From IMG/VR virus record IMGVR_UViG_3300013307_000020, positions 1,377 to 65,376 of that record: a stretch of 64,000 bases of DNA. One strand, given 5' to 3'. Both the position numbers and the translations under genes were made by a program. Within the stretch, counting starts at the first letter, position 1. The number at the start of each line of letters is the position of its first letter. The stretch comes from a virus (taxonomy: Duplodnaviria > Caudoviricetes). The notes beneath the pieces were generated by a model. It was given only the letters and a program-made list of their open reading frames with translations. It was not told the origin of the DNA and did no database searches. Of this stretch, positions 28,332-37,932 are shown piece by piece.

Positions 28332-29236
28332 TACGTCCCCGCTCGGCAGGAGCGCAATGTCACCTTTTGAAGCTCGAACAAATTGCTCATGAATTCCGAG
28401 AAGTCGATGGTCGGATCGGCAAACTTGCAATAATAGAAAAAGCTGAAGTCCATCGTGATCGCCTTGCCCGCCGCCGGCGCCGTCGCGAACTTCAATTTTT
28501 GATTGACCGGATTGGTGTTGATGATGGTGAAGCTATCGTGATCCTGGAGCACGCCATCGAGATAAACTTCGACCGGCTGCGTCATGTCCACATAACCGAC
28601 CGCCTCGATGCCGACATTCGGGCCGACGCCGAACGTGCGCACGATCGGGGAATAGAATGTGGACGTTCCGTCGGTCGTTCCCATCGCCTGACCAGTCACG
28701 GCGTTGTCGTGCGGATTTTTGTAGAGGAATCGACCGGCTGAGCCGTTGAGCGCCAAATAGAAACCGAAAAGCGTTTTGAATTCGATGGAGCCGACGCCGT
28801 ACTGATTGCGCAAGACCGAATAGGTGAGATCGAATTCGTGAATGGGCGCGGTCGCGAGAGCCAAATCGATCTCGGCGCCGCCGCTCGCCTTCTCGCTTTG
28901 CGCGAAGGTGTTCAAGCGCCAAACAACCGGATAAGTGAGCCCCGGCAAGTCCGGGTAAACGGGCGGCATCGTCACGATGAAGCTCCTGATCAAAACCTGA
29001 ATGGTGAAATTCGACACGCGCATGTTGGGCGTGCCAAGAGCGGCGACTTCGCCAACAAACTGCGTTGCGCGGCCACTCGGTGATCCGAGCGCCGCGACTT
29101 CCGCGACCAGCTGCGTCGCGCGTGTGCCAGCCGAACCAGACGCCAGAACTTCTCCGACGATCTGGGTCGCGCGTCCGCTCGGTGCGCCAAGAGCGGCGAC
29201 CTCGGCTATGATTTGCGAAGCGCGCCCAGCGGTCAT
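28331..29236 (-). CDS. DUF2460-like distal tail protein with N-terminal 17-aa repeats
   Basis: LPGLTYPV, FLYKNP.D, G.TDG, F.FFYYCKF; repeats RA(S/T)Q...EV.A.G. Confidence 0.8.
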   Translation of the reverse strand: MTAGRASQIIAEVAALGAPSGRATQIVGEVLASGSAGTRATQLVAEVAALGSPSGRATQFVGEVAALGTPNMRVSNFTIQVLIRSFIVTMPPVYPDLPGLTYPVVWRLNTFAQSEKASGGAEIDLALATAPIHEFDLTYSVLRNQYGVGSIEFKTLFGFYLALNGSAGRFLYKNPHDNAVTGQAMGTTDGTSTFYSPIVRTFGVGPNVGIEAVGYVDMTQPVEVYLDGVLQDHDSFTIINTNPVNQKLKFATAPAAGKAITMDFSFFYYCKFADPTIDFSEFMSNLFELQKVTLRSCRAGT

Positions 29237-29251
29237 TGTTTCAACTCGGCC

Positions 29252-30373
29252 CTATGCGGCGAGCCGGTAGCCGCCTTGCAGCGTGTTCACCGCGGCGTCG
29301 CCCCAACTTCGGCCGGTTTGTGGGTTCACCAAAAACAAATCGACGAAATAACTGTAATAGGTATCGCTCAGCGTTTGCTCGACGCCGTAGTATTCCGTCC
29401 CGTTCAAAATCAAAAGCTGCTTGACGGTTCGATATCCCGCATCATCTTTTCGATATGCGCCGACCAACTGAACGCCGAAGATCAGATTGATCGTCATTTG
29501 CGGGATGCTGCCGAACCAGAAGTGATCCTCCTGCCCCGGCGTCGATGAAAAATTGTAGGTCGCATCCGAATCCATGTTCGCCTCGCCCACGTTCACTCGG
29601 CTTTGACCGAGATCGGGCTGGCGCGCGAACTGCGTCGGGCCATCGAAAAGCGGGAAGAACGTGAGAACCGTCACCTCGCCCAAGAACGTATCGCATGGCA
29701 TGTCGAGATCGGGGCCAGGCACGTCGTCGCAATAATAAAAATCGCTGACACGCCGGGCATCGAAGACATTGAAACCCTCGAGCACGATGGCGGCGCCGGA
29801 GAACGTGTTGAAGCTCGAATTCTGAATGTTCACGCCTTCGAGATGCACCACTTCCTTGTTATTGATGCGAATGATCAACCACCCGTCGACGCTATCGATT
29901 TTGAAACCGACCTCCAGATATAGCTGCGTGTCGAATTCAAAATCGATGGGCGCGGAAGTGAAGATCAGCGTGCCGACAGTCGGCGTGTTCAGAAGACCGA
30001 GACCGCCGCGATAGACGCTAATCGTCTTGTCGAAATTGAAAGCAAAGGTGAACTGCCCCGCTGGCTGGATCTGATCGAAGAAGGCCCACACGCTGCGAAT
30101 ATAGCCGCCTGGCGTGTCGCCGGGGATTTCGGTTCGCCAACCCATGAACGCGGTCTGATTGATATCCGCGAAGCTTGCCGCCCAACCGCTGTCGACGAAT
30201 CCCGCCGCGACGAAGCAGCCGCCATTGTTGTTGAAGCCGGGATATTCGACGAAGTTTTCGCCCTCTTCGGTGATCTGGTACTGGATGAATGTGCGCGATC
30301 TCGCATTGATGCTGGCATAGGGCGTGGCGATCGAAGTCGCATAGTTTCCGTACCCGTCGAATCCTTTCAGCAT
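29252..30373 (-). CDS. tail accessory beta-sandwich protein (paralog 2)
   Basis: Shares DFY..D, FLG, GAYRKDDAG, GY.LAA with 30374-31387. Confidence 0.65.
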   Translation of the reverse strand: MLKGFDGYGNYATSIATPYASINARSRTFIQYQITEEGENFVEYPGFNNNGGCFVAAGFVDSGWAASFADINQTAFMGWRTEIPGDTPGGYIRSVWAFFDQIQPAGQFTFAFNFDKTISVYRGGLGLLNTPTVGTLIFTSAPIDFEFDTQLYLEVGFKIDSVDGWLIIRINNKEVVHLEGVNIQNSSFNTFSGAAIVLEGFNVFDARRVSDFYYCDDVPGPDLDMPCDTFLGEVTVLTFFPLFDGPTQFARQPDLGQSRVNVGEANMDSDATYNFSSTPGQEDHFWFGSIPQMTINLIFGVQLVGAYRKDDAGYRTVKQLLILNGTEYYGVEQTLSDTYYSYFVDLFLVNPQTGRSWGDAAVNTLQGGYRLAA

Positions 30374-31387
30374 TCAAGCCGCCAAATTGTAGCCAGCCGT
30401 GATGGCGTTGAGCGACGTCCGCGTCCACGCAATCGAGCCGTTGGGGTCCAGAATCCATTGATCGGTGAAGTAGGCGTAAGACGTATCAGGCAGCGCGTAT
30501 GTCGTGCCATAGACTTTTGTTCCGCTCGACTTGAGCGCGTTTTTCATGCTGCGTCCGCCCGCATCGTCCTTGCGATAAGCGCCGGTGAGCTGAAGCCCCA
30601 CGATGCCGCTGAGCGTCGCCGGCAACTGACCCATCGTGAATAAGTCTTCGTGCCCGACGGTGCTATCGAAGTTGTAGGTCACGTCGCCATCGAAGGCGAC
30701 CTCCGAAACTTCCTGCCAATTGGCATTGGCGAGCGGCGTGAATTGAACTGCGGAATTTGCGGTGGGCCAAAGCGTATAGCTTCGAAGATCGCCGAGAAAG
30801 CTATTGTTCACGCCGGTCGTGGTGTCGGCCCAGTAGAAATCGTCCCACAGCGTCGCGCCGCTCATGGTGGCAACGTCCCACCACGCATTTGCGGATTGCT
30901 GCGTGTTCTGTCCGGTAATATTGACGACCTGCTCGCCGTCAATTTTGATTTTGACGAAGCCGCTCAGCGCATCGATCTTCGGTTCGATCTCGATGAAGTG
31001 CGCCGAGTTGGCCGAAAAGACATTGTTCGCCGAGGCATAGAGCAACGTGAAAAGGCCGAACGGATTGCCGCGATAGATTTGGATCGAGTAGTTGCGCGCG
31101 AAAAAGATGACCGCGACTTGAACCGTGTTTGTCACCGAGTCGAAGAAGAAGAAGAAGATATCGCTCAGACCGACGAGCGTGGAAATTCCGATGAACTGAT
31201 CGGCCACGCGATTCGGGAGCACCGCGCCGAGATTGCCAGCCCATGCCTTGCCATTGCCGTTTCGTCCGCCGCCTTGCGTCGTCGGCCCGCCAGAAACGCC
31301 CGTCCACTGGATGGCATTGTTCATGCGCATCACGAGATCGGTCGAGCTCCCGTAATGATCAAATCCGTCCCAAGCGCCAGCGGCCAT
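30374..31387 (-). CDS. tail accessory beta-sandwich protein (paralog 1)
   Basis: DGFDHY N-terminus; directly after tape measure. Confidence 0.65.
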   Translation of the reverse strand: MAAGAWDGFDHYGSSTDLVMRMNNAIQWTGVSGGPTTQGGGRNGNGKAWAGNLGAVLPNRVADQFIGISTLVGLSDIFFFFFDSVTNTVQVAVIFFARNYSIQIYRGNPFGLFTLLYASANNVFSANSAHFIEIEPKIDALSGFVKIKIDGEQVVNITGQNTQQSANAWWDVATMSGATLWDDFYWADTTTGVNNSFLGDLRSYTLWPTANSAVQFTPLANANWQEVSEVAFDGDVTYNFDSTVGHEDLFTMGQLPATLSGIVGLQLTGAYRKDDAGGRSMKNALKSSGTKVYGTTYALPDTSYAYFTDQWILDPNGSIAWTRTSLNAITAGYNLAA

Positions 31388-33985
31388 CTACGCCATCGCT
31401 TTCTTCATTGATCCGTCGCGCCATCTCGCGGCGACCCATGTGAGCATCGTTCGCCCCTCTCGTGCGAGAAGATGATCCAGCGTAACCGGCGCGTTGTGAG
31501 TGATGTTGGGCGAATAGTGCCAATGAAGTTCATGCCCCGGCTGACCGGCATCTCGATTGAAAATTTGCCCCTTGAAAAAGTCGCGCATCGGGTTCGCGAC
31601 CGACGCGGGCATGACCGCTTCCTGTTTGTGAAGCTGATAGAAGCCGCCCGGCGTATTGTAGTCGCCGCCCTCGGCCGACGTGAGCGTGTCGAACGCAGCC
31701 ACCGCGCCGAAGGCGACGCCGGCGGCGATTGGCGCCAGAATCGGGCCGACGATGGGAATCCCGACGACCGCGTTATATGCGCCAGCCGCCGCCTTATAGG
31801 CATCGTTCATGATCTGCGCGGATCCGGTCGCGGCATCCGCCGCCATGCCTTCCGCCGACGCCGCTTGCTGTACCGCAACGCGCTCAGTCGCGCCTGCGGC
31901 TGTCGCGGCGGTCTTCTGATCTTCGAAAAGAAGGTGATAGAGCAAGCCCATTTGTCCGAGAGATTTGTCGGCATTCAATTCGGCTTGCGAATAGAAAAGA
32001 TGCGCGAGCCAGCCCTTGATATCGGTCTCGATTTCCTTTTGCAGAAAATCTCCGAGCGCGGTTTCGGCCGCGCGCAACACCGTCATGTTGCCGGATGCGA
32101 CGTTGTTGAAAAAGCTGTCGGCGACGCTCGTCATCTGCGAATAGGCGGAGCGCGTCGCCTGAATTTGCTGGCGCAGTTCGGCCTGATAGTTGGCTTCATA
32201 CTTTCGATCATTCGCTTCCTTCGCGGCGTCATATTGCGCATCGAGAACGCGAAGATCATTCAGATACTTTCGATATTCCGCGGAGAGAACGCCGAATTTC
32301 TTTTGCGCGTCCTCAATGGCTTTTCTGTTTTGCAAGAATTCCTCATCGAGAAGCTCCTGCTCGATGCGCCGATATTCCTCGGCCGAGATTTCGTGATTCT
32401 GGAATTCGGCCGCGAGTTCGTCGCGCTTGGCCTGGAGCTTGAGTTGTGAAATGCGCAATGTGGTTTCGACTTCGTTTTTCGCGATTGCGTCGTCCTCTTT
32501 GACGCGAGCCTGTTCCAGTTCGCGCGTCGCGCGATTGTATTCTTCTTGTACTTGAAGCTTCTGCGCCATGTTGAGCTTGGCATTGTTGAGAATGGCCGCC
32601 CACGCCTGCTGATCCTTTTGCAGCCGCGCGACATTGCCTTGATCCTCGATGGCGTTGATCTCGGTGACTTGCTCGCGCGTTTCGGCGATCAGTTTTTCGC
32701 CCGCATTCGCGAAGCCGCCGCCAATGCCCTTGATCCCGGCTTGCTCTTTTCTCAATCGCTCAAGTTCGCGCGTGGCCTGACCGATGCCTTGCTCGAATTG
32801 ATGCATCTGATTGATATCTTCGGCGCTCGGCGTTTTTTCCGCTTTGATCGCGGCGAGACCGGCCTTCATCTTGTCAAGGCGCGTGTTTACGAGATCGATC
32901 TGCCCCGCATATTTGTCCTCGTCCTGTGCGGCCACGAGCGCATCGTCGATCAGATGCTTGTGCGCATCGGCCGCGGCCGTCGCAGCGCGCGTCGCATCGT
33001 TCAAATGACCTGTGGTCGCCGCCCACTTTGCATCGGGGTCAACCTCGCCGAGCTCCTCCCACTTCAGCTTCACCAGGCCGAAACTCGCGGCGATTTTCAG
33101 AAGCGTACGATCCAGCCCCAGCATCGCTGGCTGAACCAGAACGTCGATGGTGTCGCCCGCTTTCTTCAGAGCGAGTTCGGTGCGCTCGGCTTCTTCCGTT
33201 GCCTTGGGCGAATAGAGGACGCCGAGATCGTTGAGTTCCTTGTTCAAGTCGGCGGTGCCGCGTCCCCATTGCGTCAGCACGGGATTCAATTCTTCGCCGG
33301 ATCGACTGAAGATGAGAACTTCATCCTTCGCCGCGCGCGAATCGTTGCCGAGCGCCAAGAGCGCGCGCGAAACGGCGGGAAGATCCTTGGCGCCAACAGT
33401 ATTCGCGTCGATGCCGAGATCGCGAAACGCTTTGCGAATTACCTCGTTGCCCTGCTGCGCAGCACCGGCGTTCGCCATGAACCGCTTCAACGCGGTATCG
33501 ACCAACTCAACGTCGACGCCGGCGAGACGTGCGGATTCGCGAAACACCTGATAGTCGGTCGAACTGAGTTGAAGAACTTTCGACTCGTGCTCGATCTGCG
33601 CCGCGCTTTCCTCGGCAGCTTGACCGAGATGGAGCAACTCGGTTGCGGCGAGCGTGATGCCGACCGTGCCGAGAATGGTCTTCAGCCCGCCAAAGGCGCT
33701 TTGAAGTCCGCCAATCGAGAAAACCGAATTGTTCCCCGCCTCGGTGACGCGTCTGATTTCCGCATTCATCGCCGCGAGATTGGCCTTGGCGACGACCGCC
33801 TTCTCGGCGAGCGCGAGCAATTGCGGGTTTGCCGATGCCGACAGGCCGATATCGCGACCAGCCTGCGCCGTCTGACGCATCTCGGATGCGATGCCAGCCA
33901 ACTCCTGGCGCGCGATCGCCGCCTTCGCCTGAAGCTCAACAACGTCGACGGTGATTTTTGCGGCAATGGTATCTGCCACTCGCAA
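31388..33985 (-). CDS. tape measure protein
   Basis: 865 aa, Ala-rich helical, IPIVGPILAP, SAEGG..LHKQEAVMP. Confidence 0.9.
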   Translation of the reverse strand: MRVADTIAAKITVDVVELQAKAAIARQELAGIASEMRQTAQAGRDIGLSASANPQLLALAEKAVVAKANLAAMNAEIRRVTEAGNNSVFSIGGLQSAFGGLKTILGTVGITLAATELLHLGQAAEESAAQIEHESKVLQLSSTDYQVFRESARLAGVDVELVDTALKRFMANAGAAQQGNEVIRKAFRDLGIDANTVGAKDLPAVSRALLALGNDSRAAKDEVLIFSRSGEELNPVLTQWGRGTADLNKELNDLGVLYSPKATEEAERTELALKKAGDTIDVLVQPAMLGLDRTLLKIAASFGLVKLKWEELGEVDPDAKWAATTGHLNDATRAATAAADAHKHLIDDALVAAQDEDKYAGQIDLVNTRLDKMKAGLAAIKAEKTPSAEDINQMHQFEQGIGQATRELERLRKEQAGIKGIGGGFANAGEKLIAETREQVTEINAIEDQGNVARLQKDQQAWAAILNNAKLNMAQKLQVQEEYNRATRELEQARVKEDDAIAKNEVETTLRISQLKLQAKRDELAAEFQNHEISAEEYRRIEQELLDEEFLQNRKAIEDAQKKFGVLSAEYRKYLNDLRVLDAQYDAAKEANDRKYEANYQAELRQQIQATRSAYSQMTSVADSFFNNVASGNMTVLRAAETALGDFLQKEIETDIKGWLAHLFYSQAELNADKSLGQMGLLYHLLFEDQKTAATAAGATERVAVQQAASAEGMAADAATGSAQIMNDAYKAAAGAYNAVVGIPIVGPILAPIAAGVAFGAVAAFDTLTSAEGGDYNTPGGFYQLHKQEAVMPASVANPMRDFFKGQIFNRDAGQPGHELHWHYSPNITHNAPVTLDHLLAREGRTMLTWVAARWRDGSMKKAMA

Positions 33986-33988
33986 CTC

Positions 33989-34366
33989 CTATCGATTGCC
34001 GGGGAACGGCCCTATTCCACCCATGTCATCGAGATCGGGGGCTTCGAGCTCGGCGCCATTGTTCATCGCTTTGAGAATTTCGGCCGGGCTCATATACGCA
34101 CCCGAGGCCCATTTCGCTTCCTGTTGCTTGCGCAGTTCATCGAGCGTCATCGGCTTTGCATCGTAACCAAAATAGGATCGTGCCAGACTCGCCAGCATTT
34201 CATTGACCGGCGGCGTTTCCTTCCAGTCTTCAAGAATGTCTTCGACTTGCGGAAGCGTCATCTTGCGAACTTCGAGAGGCGATATCTGCAAGCCTCGTGC
34301 AATTCGCGAGATCAATCTGTTCCAGTAATTTATGCCTGGCTCGACGGTTCCGCCTGAGCTTCCCCC
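33989..34366 (-). CDS. tail assembly chaperone, frameshift extension (gpT-like)
   Basis: -1 frame relative to upstream gene, entered at GGGGGAA (34366-34360); MTLPQV..W..PP. Confidence 0.65.
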   Translation of the reverse strand, partial: GGSSGGTVEPGINYWNRLISRIARGLQISPLEVRKMTLPQVEDILEDWKETPPVNEMLASLARSYFGYDAKPMTLDELRKQQEAKWASGAYMSPAEILKAMNNGAELEAPDLDDMGGIGPFPGNR

Positions 34367-34764
34367 GACGGCGGGTCTCCCTTCTTCTCGGCCAATTGCC
34401 GTGCGCGACGGCCCGACATGACGCCAGCGAGCGCGCAAATTTCATCGAAGGCGAATTCCGCTTCGGGAATCGTCGCGCGCATCGTAAAGATTTTTTCGGG
34501 GGTCATGTCGGGATAGTCCGAAATCAACCCGGCCGAGATCACTTCGTAAGGATGACGCGCCACTCGTTTAGCAGCGATCTTGGGATCTTCGTCGGGGTTC
34601 GGAACGTCCATGATCGCCACTCGCAAATCGGCCAGATCGCCGAGCGTTAGAGGCGTCGTGATGTAATACTCTTTTTCTTCAAGCGTGATCGTCGTCTTCG
34701 TGATCGGCATGTTGCTCGCACTCGCGTTTGATTCGGGCGGCAGTATCACCGCCGCCCGATTCAT
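34330..34764 (-). CDS. tail assembly chaperone (gpG-like)
   Basis: Between major tail and tape measure genes. Confidence 0.7.
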   Translation of the reverse strand: MNRAAVILPPESNASASNMPITKTTITLEEKEYYITTPLTLGDLADLRVAIMDVPNPDEDPKIAAKRVARHPYEVISAGLISDYPDMTPEKIFTMRATIPEAEFAFDEICALAGVMSGRRARQLAEKKGDPPSGEAQAEPSSQA

Positions 34765-34774
34765 CGTCCAGTCA

Positions 34775-35575
34775 CTAAGCGACCGTCGCGACGCTCATCT
34801 TGCCGATTTGCTGCGCGGCGTTTGCGAAGAATTCGAAATCGTATTCCGGCATCGCGAAATCGGTGATCTTGTGGTTCATCGACCACTTGCTCGCGATGGC
34901 CTGATAAAGGCGCAGATAGTAAGTCGCGCCGTAAAGCGTGGTCTTGTAGTCGATCTGGAACGTCGGTGTGGTGCCGATCGGCTGATTGGTGATCGTCTGA
35001 TTTTGGCCGGTCGCGCCGGTGGAGAAGGTATAGGCGAAGCTGATGGCGACTTGGACACTCGACACGTTGTCGGCCGAAGCGAAGGTGTAGACGCCGGCCG
35101 AGACGGAATATTGACCAGCCGTTGGCGCCGAGGCGACCTTGGTAAAGACCTGACCAACTTGATAGGTGGAACTGCCGACGGCTGCGACGGTGACGCCGAG
35201 ATCGGCGTCCCACGTGCCGGAGCTCGGGACGGTTGGCGTGATCTGGAACGGCGTTGTCGGAATCGCCGTCGCCGCGGTGGTGCTCGCGTCATACTGCGTG
35301 CCAGACGTCCAGGTGCCGCCGAGCAAAAGATTGTTGAGCGCGATGCCCGAGAGCGCCGCGGCCTTGATCTTGCCAGTTGACTTGGCCGTGCCGCGCGCCG
35401 CGAGCAAGGCATATTGATTCTGGCCGAAAAGCTGCTTCGTCTCGAAGGTGAAATCGGTCGAGAATTCATTCACGAACCCGACGTTCACCGGCGATGCGTT
35501 GGTGACGTCCGTGCGCGTGATCCACAAGATGCCGGGGCCAAAAAGACCCTGCGGAACGACGTTCGTGTTCGCCAT
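34775..35575 (-). CDS. major tail tube protein
   Basis: KQLFGQNQY..ARG, DFAMPEYDF; position. Confidence 0.8.
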   Translation of the reverse strand: MANTNVVPQGLFGPGILWITRTDVTNASPVNVGFVNEFSTDFTFETKQLFGQNQYALLAARGTAKSTGKIKAAALSGIALNNLLLGGTWTSGTQYDASTTAATAIPTTPFQITPTVPSSGTWDADLGVTVAAVGSSTYQVGQVFTKVASAPTAGQYSVSAGVYTFASADNVSSVQVAISFAYTFSTGATGQNQTITNQPIGTTPTFQIDYKTTLYGATYYLRLYQAIASKWSMNHKITDFAMPEYDFEFFANAAQQIGKMSVATVA

Positions 35576-35602
35576 GACAAATGATCCTTCTGTTGTTTGA
35601 AG

Positions 35603-36037
35603 TTACGGCAGGGTGATTTTGACGGGGATGACCGCCTTGCATTGATTGTCGTTGTCGCCGGCGTCGGTCTCGCTCTTGCCGTCGATGCGGCACCAACTCA
35701 CCGTGCCGCCGAGCGTGTTCTGTCCGGTCGGGGAATCCGGCGCGGTCAAAACGTTTCGCACCGCTTTCACCAGATTGTTGAATGACGTGTCGGGCGCGGC
35801 CGCGGGCGGCTGATCCGCCTTCGCGTAAATCCACACCTCGACTTCAATCGTCGTGATTGCGAATTGACTTCCGCTCGAAAGATCGTCCTCGATGCTGCCC
35901 AGGCGGATGAAAATCGCCGGTTGCAACAAATCTTCCGTCGTCCAGATTACGAGGCGTCGCGAATAGGTCTGAAAACCGGGAACGGTTTGCAGCTTCGTCA
36001 TGAGCGCATTCAGCACGGGCTCGAAATCGTTGTTCAT
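35603..36037 (-). CDS. tail terminator
   Basis: SRRL..W, QPAIF, TLGG.V..C.IDG; position. Confidence 0.7.
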   Translation of the reverse strand: MNNDFEPVLNALMTKLQTVPGFQTYSRRLVIWTTEDLLQPAIFIRLGSIEDDLSSGSQFAITTIEVEVWIYAKADQPPAAAPDTSFNNLVKAVRNVLTAPDSPTGQNTLGGTVSWCRIDGKSETDAGDNDNQCKAVIPVKITLP

Positions 36038-36513
36038 GATTGACCAGCCTCGATCACCGCTTGCGTCAGAACCTGCTTCGCCTCGCCGGACGTTTCGGAC
36101 GTGCCTTCGCGAATGAAGCGTTTGGCGATGATGTGCGCATGGCGGCTATACTTTTGAACAAACACATCCTCTGCGCCGATGGCGCGCGCGAAGACATGGG
36201 TCAATCGCTGATTGTGCGCCTCGACGGAAACGGTTTTGTCGACGCCGTATTCAAGCGAAGCCGCCTTGATGAATTGCGCGGAGACATTGACGCGCCCAAC
36301 AATCTTGTCCCGATCGTTGAACACTTCCTCGCGAAGTGTGCCGCGCAATCTGCCTGTCTTCGATGGCGCCAGGCGATAGATGCGCGCAAACAGCGTGGCG
36401 GTAAGTTCGCCGACTCGCTCAAGAAGAATTTGGCGAAGCTTCGTCGGAAATTCTGCAAATTTCAGACTGAGCTTTGTTTCGCCTTCGATGAACAGTCCCA
36501 TGTCATCGGGCAA
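36034..36513 (-). CDS. HK97 gp10-like tail completion protein
   Basis: APSKTGRLR, LEYG. Confidence 0.7.
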   Translation of the reverse strand: MPDDMGLFIEGETKLSLKFAEFPTKLRQILLERVGELTATLFARIYRLAPSKTGRLRGTLREEVFNDRDKIVGRVNVSAQFIKAASLEYGVDKTVSVEAHNQRLTHVFARAIGAEDVFVQKYSRHAHIIAKRFIREGTSETSGEAKQVLTQAVIEAGQS

Positions 36514-36515
36514 GA

Positions 36516-36902
36516 TCAGCCTCGTGCCGTGATTTCGATTCTCACAAGATCGCCATTCACCAAGATAGGCGTCACAAGTTGGATCGATCGATCCGTGGTT
36601 TCGATGGTGACGAGATCGTTCCGCTTTGGCAGCGGAAGGCCGTCAAGCGACGGCCACCCCGCCGCATCGAGCTCGTTGCCGGTGATCACGATCAGCCAGT
36701 CATTCTGTGCGACCGGCGTGTGAAGCTGCGCTGGCTGCAATCCAATCGACGCTTCCTGCGCATTGTTTCGGCGAACGAAGGCGCGGCACGTCACGCTCAA
36801 ACGCGAGCCATCGGCGTTGACGCGCGTGATCACAATGTCCTGTCCGACTTTGAGCAATCTCGCCGCAAGCGCAGAGCGCCATTCTTGCGCGCCGAGCATC
36901 AA
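36516..36902 (-). CDS. head closure protein
   Basis: Position; RIEITARG C-terminus. Confidence 0.6.
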   Translation of the reverse strand: MMLGAQEWRSALAARLLKVGQDIVITRVNADGSRLSVTCRAFVRRNNAQEASIGLQPAQLHTPVAQNDWLIVITGNELDAAGWPSLDGLPLPKRNDLVTIETTDRSIQLVTPILVNGDLVRIEITARG

Positions 36903-37582
36903 GCGACCGTCGGCGGGCGATAATTGTCGAGAATGTCGGTCACGTCGGGCGTCATATTGCCTTCGTCTGGATTTTGACTGATCCAGTATTCTTCCTTGCC
37001 GACGCCGGCGATCTCCTGCGACTTCAGCCGCATGTCGCGATTGCGATCAAACCATTTGCCTTTGATCATTCGGATCACGGCGTCCTCGAGATCCGCGGGC
37101 AGCGTCGGCGATGTTGCGGGCGCCAAGGTGAACCCAGCGACATAAACGATGATCAGCGGGTAGGTGTCCCATTGACGCGGGTTGCCGTTCGAGTCCAGCC
37201 GATAGATGGACGACGATTGCAAATTGACTTCATAATCGACGTTCGCGGTCAGAAGCACGCCGTTCTCCGTGACGCTCGTCACCGAGACCAACGGCAAATT
37301 TTTCACCATGTAGCTCGACGTTTTCGCTGGCAGAAACCACGGGCGGGCGTCGCGCTGCGGGCGAACCAAATCCTGATATGTCTGCTGTGCGAATTCGCGA
37401 TTGCAATAGTTCCGCACGCTCTGGCTCGCCTGGGCGATCTGTCGCGTGAGATAAATATCATCAACCGGCTTCCAGCCATCGAGCGAGAGATCGGCCTTCA
37501 CGTTCAGAAGACAGGTCAAATCGTTCGAGCCGGTGAAGGGCGTGACGACGCTGGTGATGGTGTACGTTGGAACGGTCATCAC
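36899..37582 (-). CDS. head-tail adaptor (gp6-like)
   Basis: YCNREF, YVAGF, LPADLEDA, ILDNYR. Confidence 0.75.
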   Translation of the reverse strand: MMTVPTYTITSVVTPFTGSNDLTCLLNVKADLSLDGWKPVDDIYLTRQIAQASQSVRNYCNREFAQQTYQDLVRPQRDARPWFLPAKTSSYMVKNLPLVSVTSVTENGVLLTANVDYEVNLQSSSIYRLDSNGNPRQWDTYPLIIVYVAGFTLAPATSPTLPADLEDAVIRMIKGKWFDRNRDMRLKSQEIAGVGKEEYWISQNPDEGNMTPDVTDILDNYRPPTVA

Positions 37583-37932
37583 GCTGGTCCATGTTGAAGA
37601 ACCGCCAAGCGACCGACTTCGAAGGTGGTCTTGTTTCCGTTGGCGTCAGTGACAATCGCCGAATGAAAGTACCAGCCATCGAGCGGCGCGGAGTCCACGT
37701 TCGAAATGTTCACGTAAATCTTGCCGTCGATTCCGGTGGTGACAAACGTCACACCGCCGGTCGATTTGAATTTTTTCAACGCTGCGGCGAGCGATTTGTC
37801 CTTGTAGCAGAACCATTCGATCTCGCTTGCGGTCGAGAGATTGATGGCATTGCCGCTTCCGTCCGTGACGGTGAAGATCGGCGCTTCGTCATCGCCCGCG
37901 TAGAGATCGAAATCCTGATTGAACGCCGTCAT
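37579..37932 (-). CDS. BppU-like Ig-fold virion protein
   Basis: GDD..FTVTD.G.AINLS. Confidence 0.55.
   Translation of the reverse strand: MTAFNQDFDLYAGDDEAPIFTVTDGSGNAINLSTASEIEWFCYKDKSLAAALKKFKSTGGVTFVTTGIDGKIYVNISNVDSAPLDGWYFHSAIVTDANGNKTTFEVGRLAVLQHGPA

Noticed and set aside
29030-29230. ~51-nt nucleotide repeats, possible DGR or CRISPR
   Set aside because: They encode the 17-aa repeats; no reverse transcriptase or adenine-specific TR/VR pair seen
32546-34357. 603-aa + strand ORF, and similar long antisense ORFs such as 43818-45206 and 38643-39914
   Set aside because: Shadow frames of tape measure, capsid and other clear minus-strand genes in GC-rich DNA; no motifs
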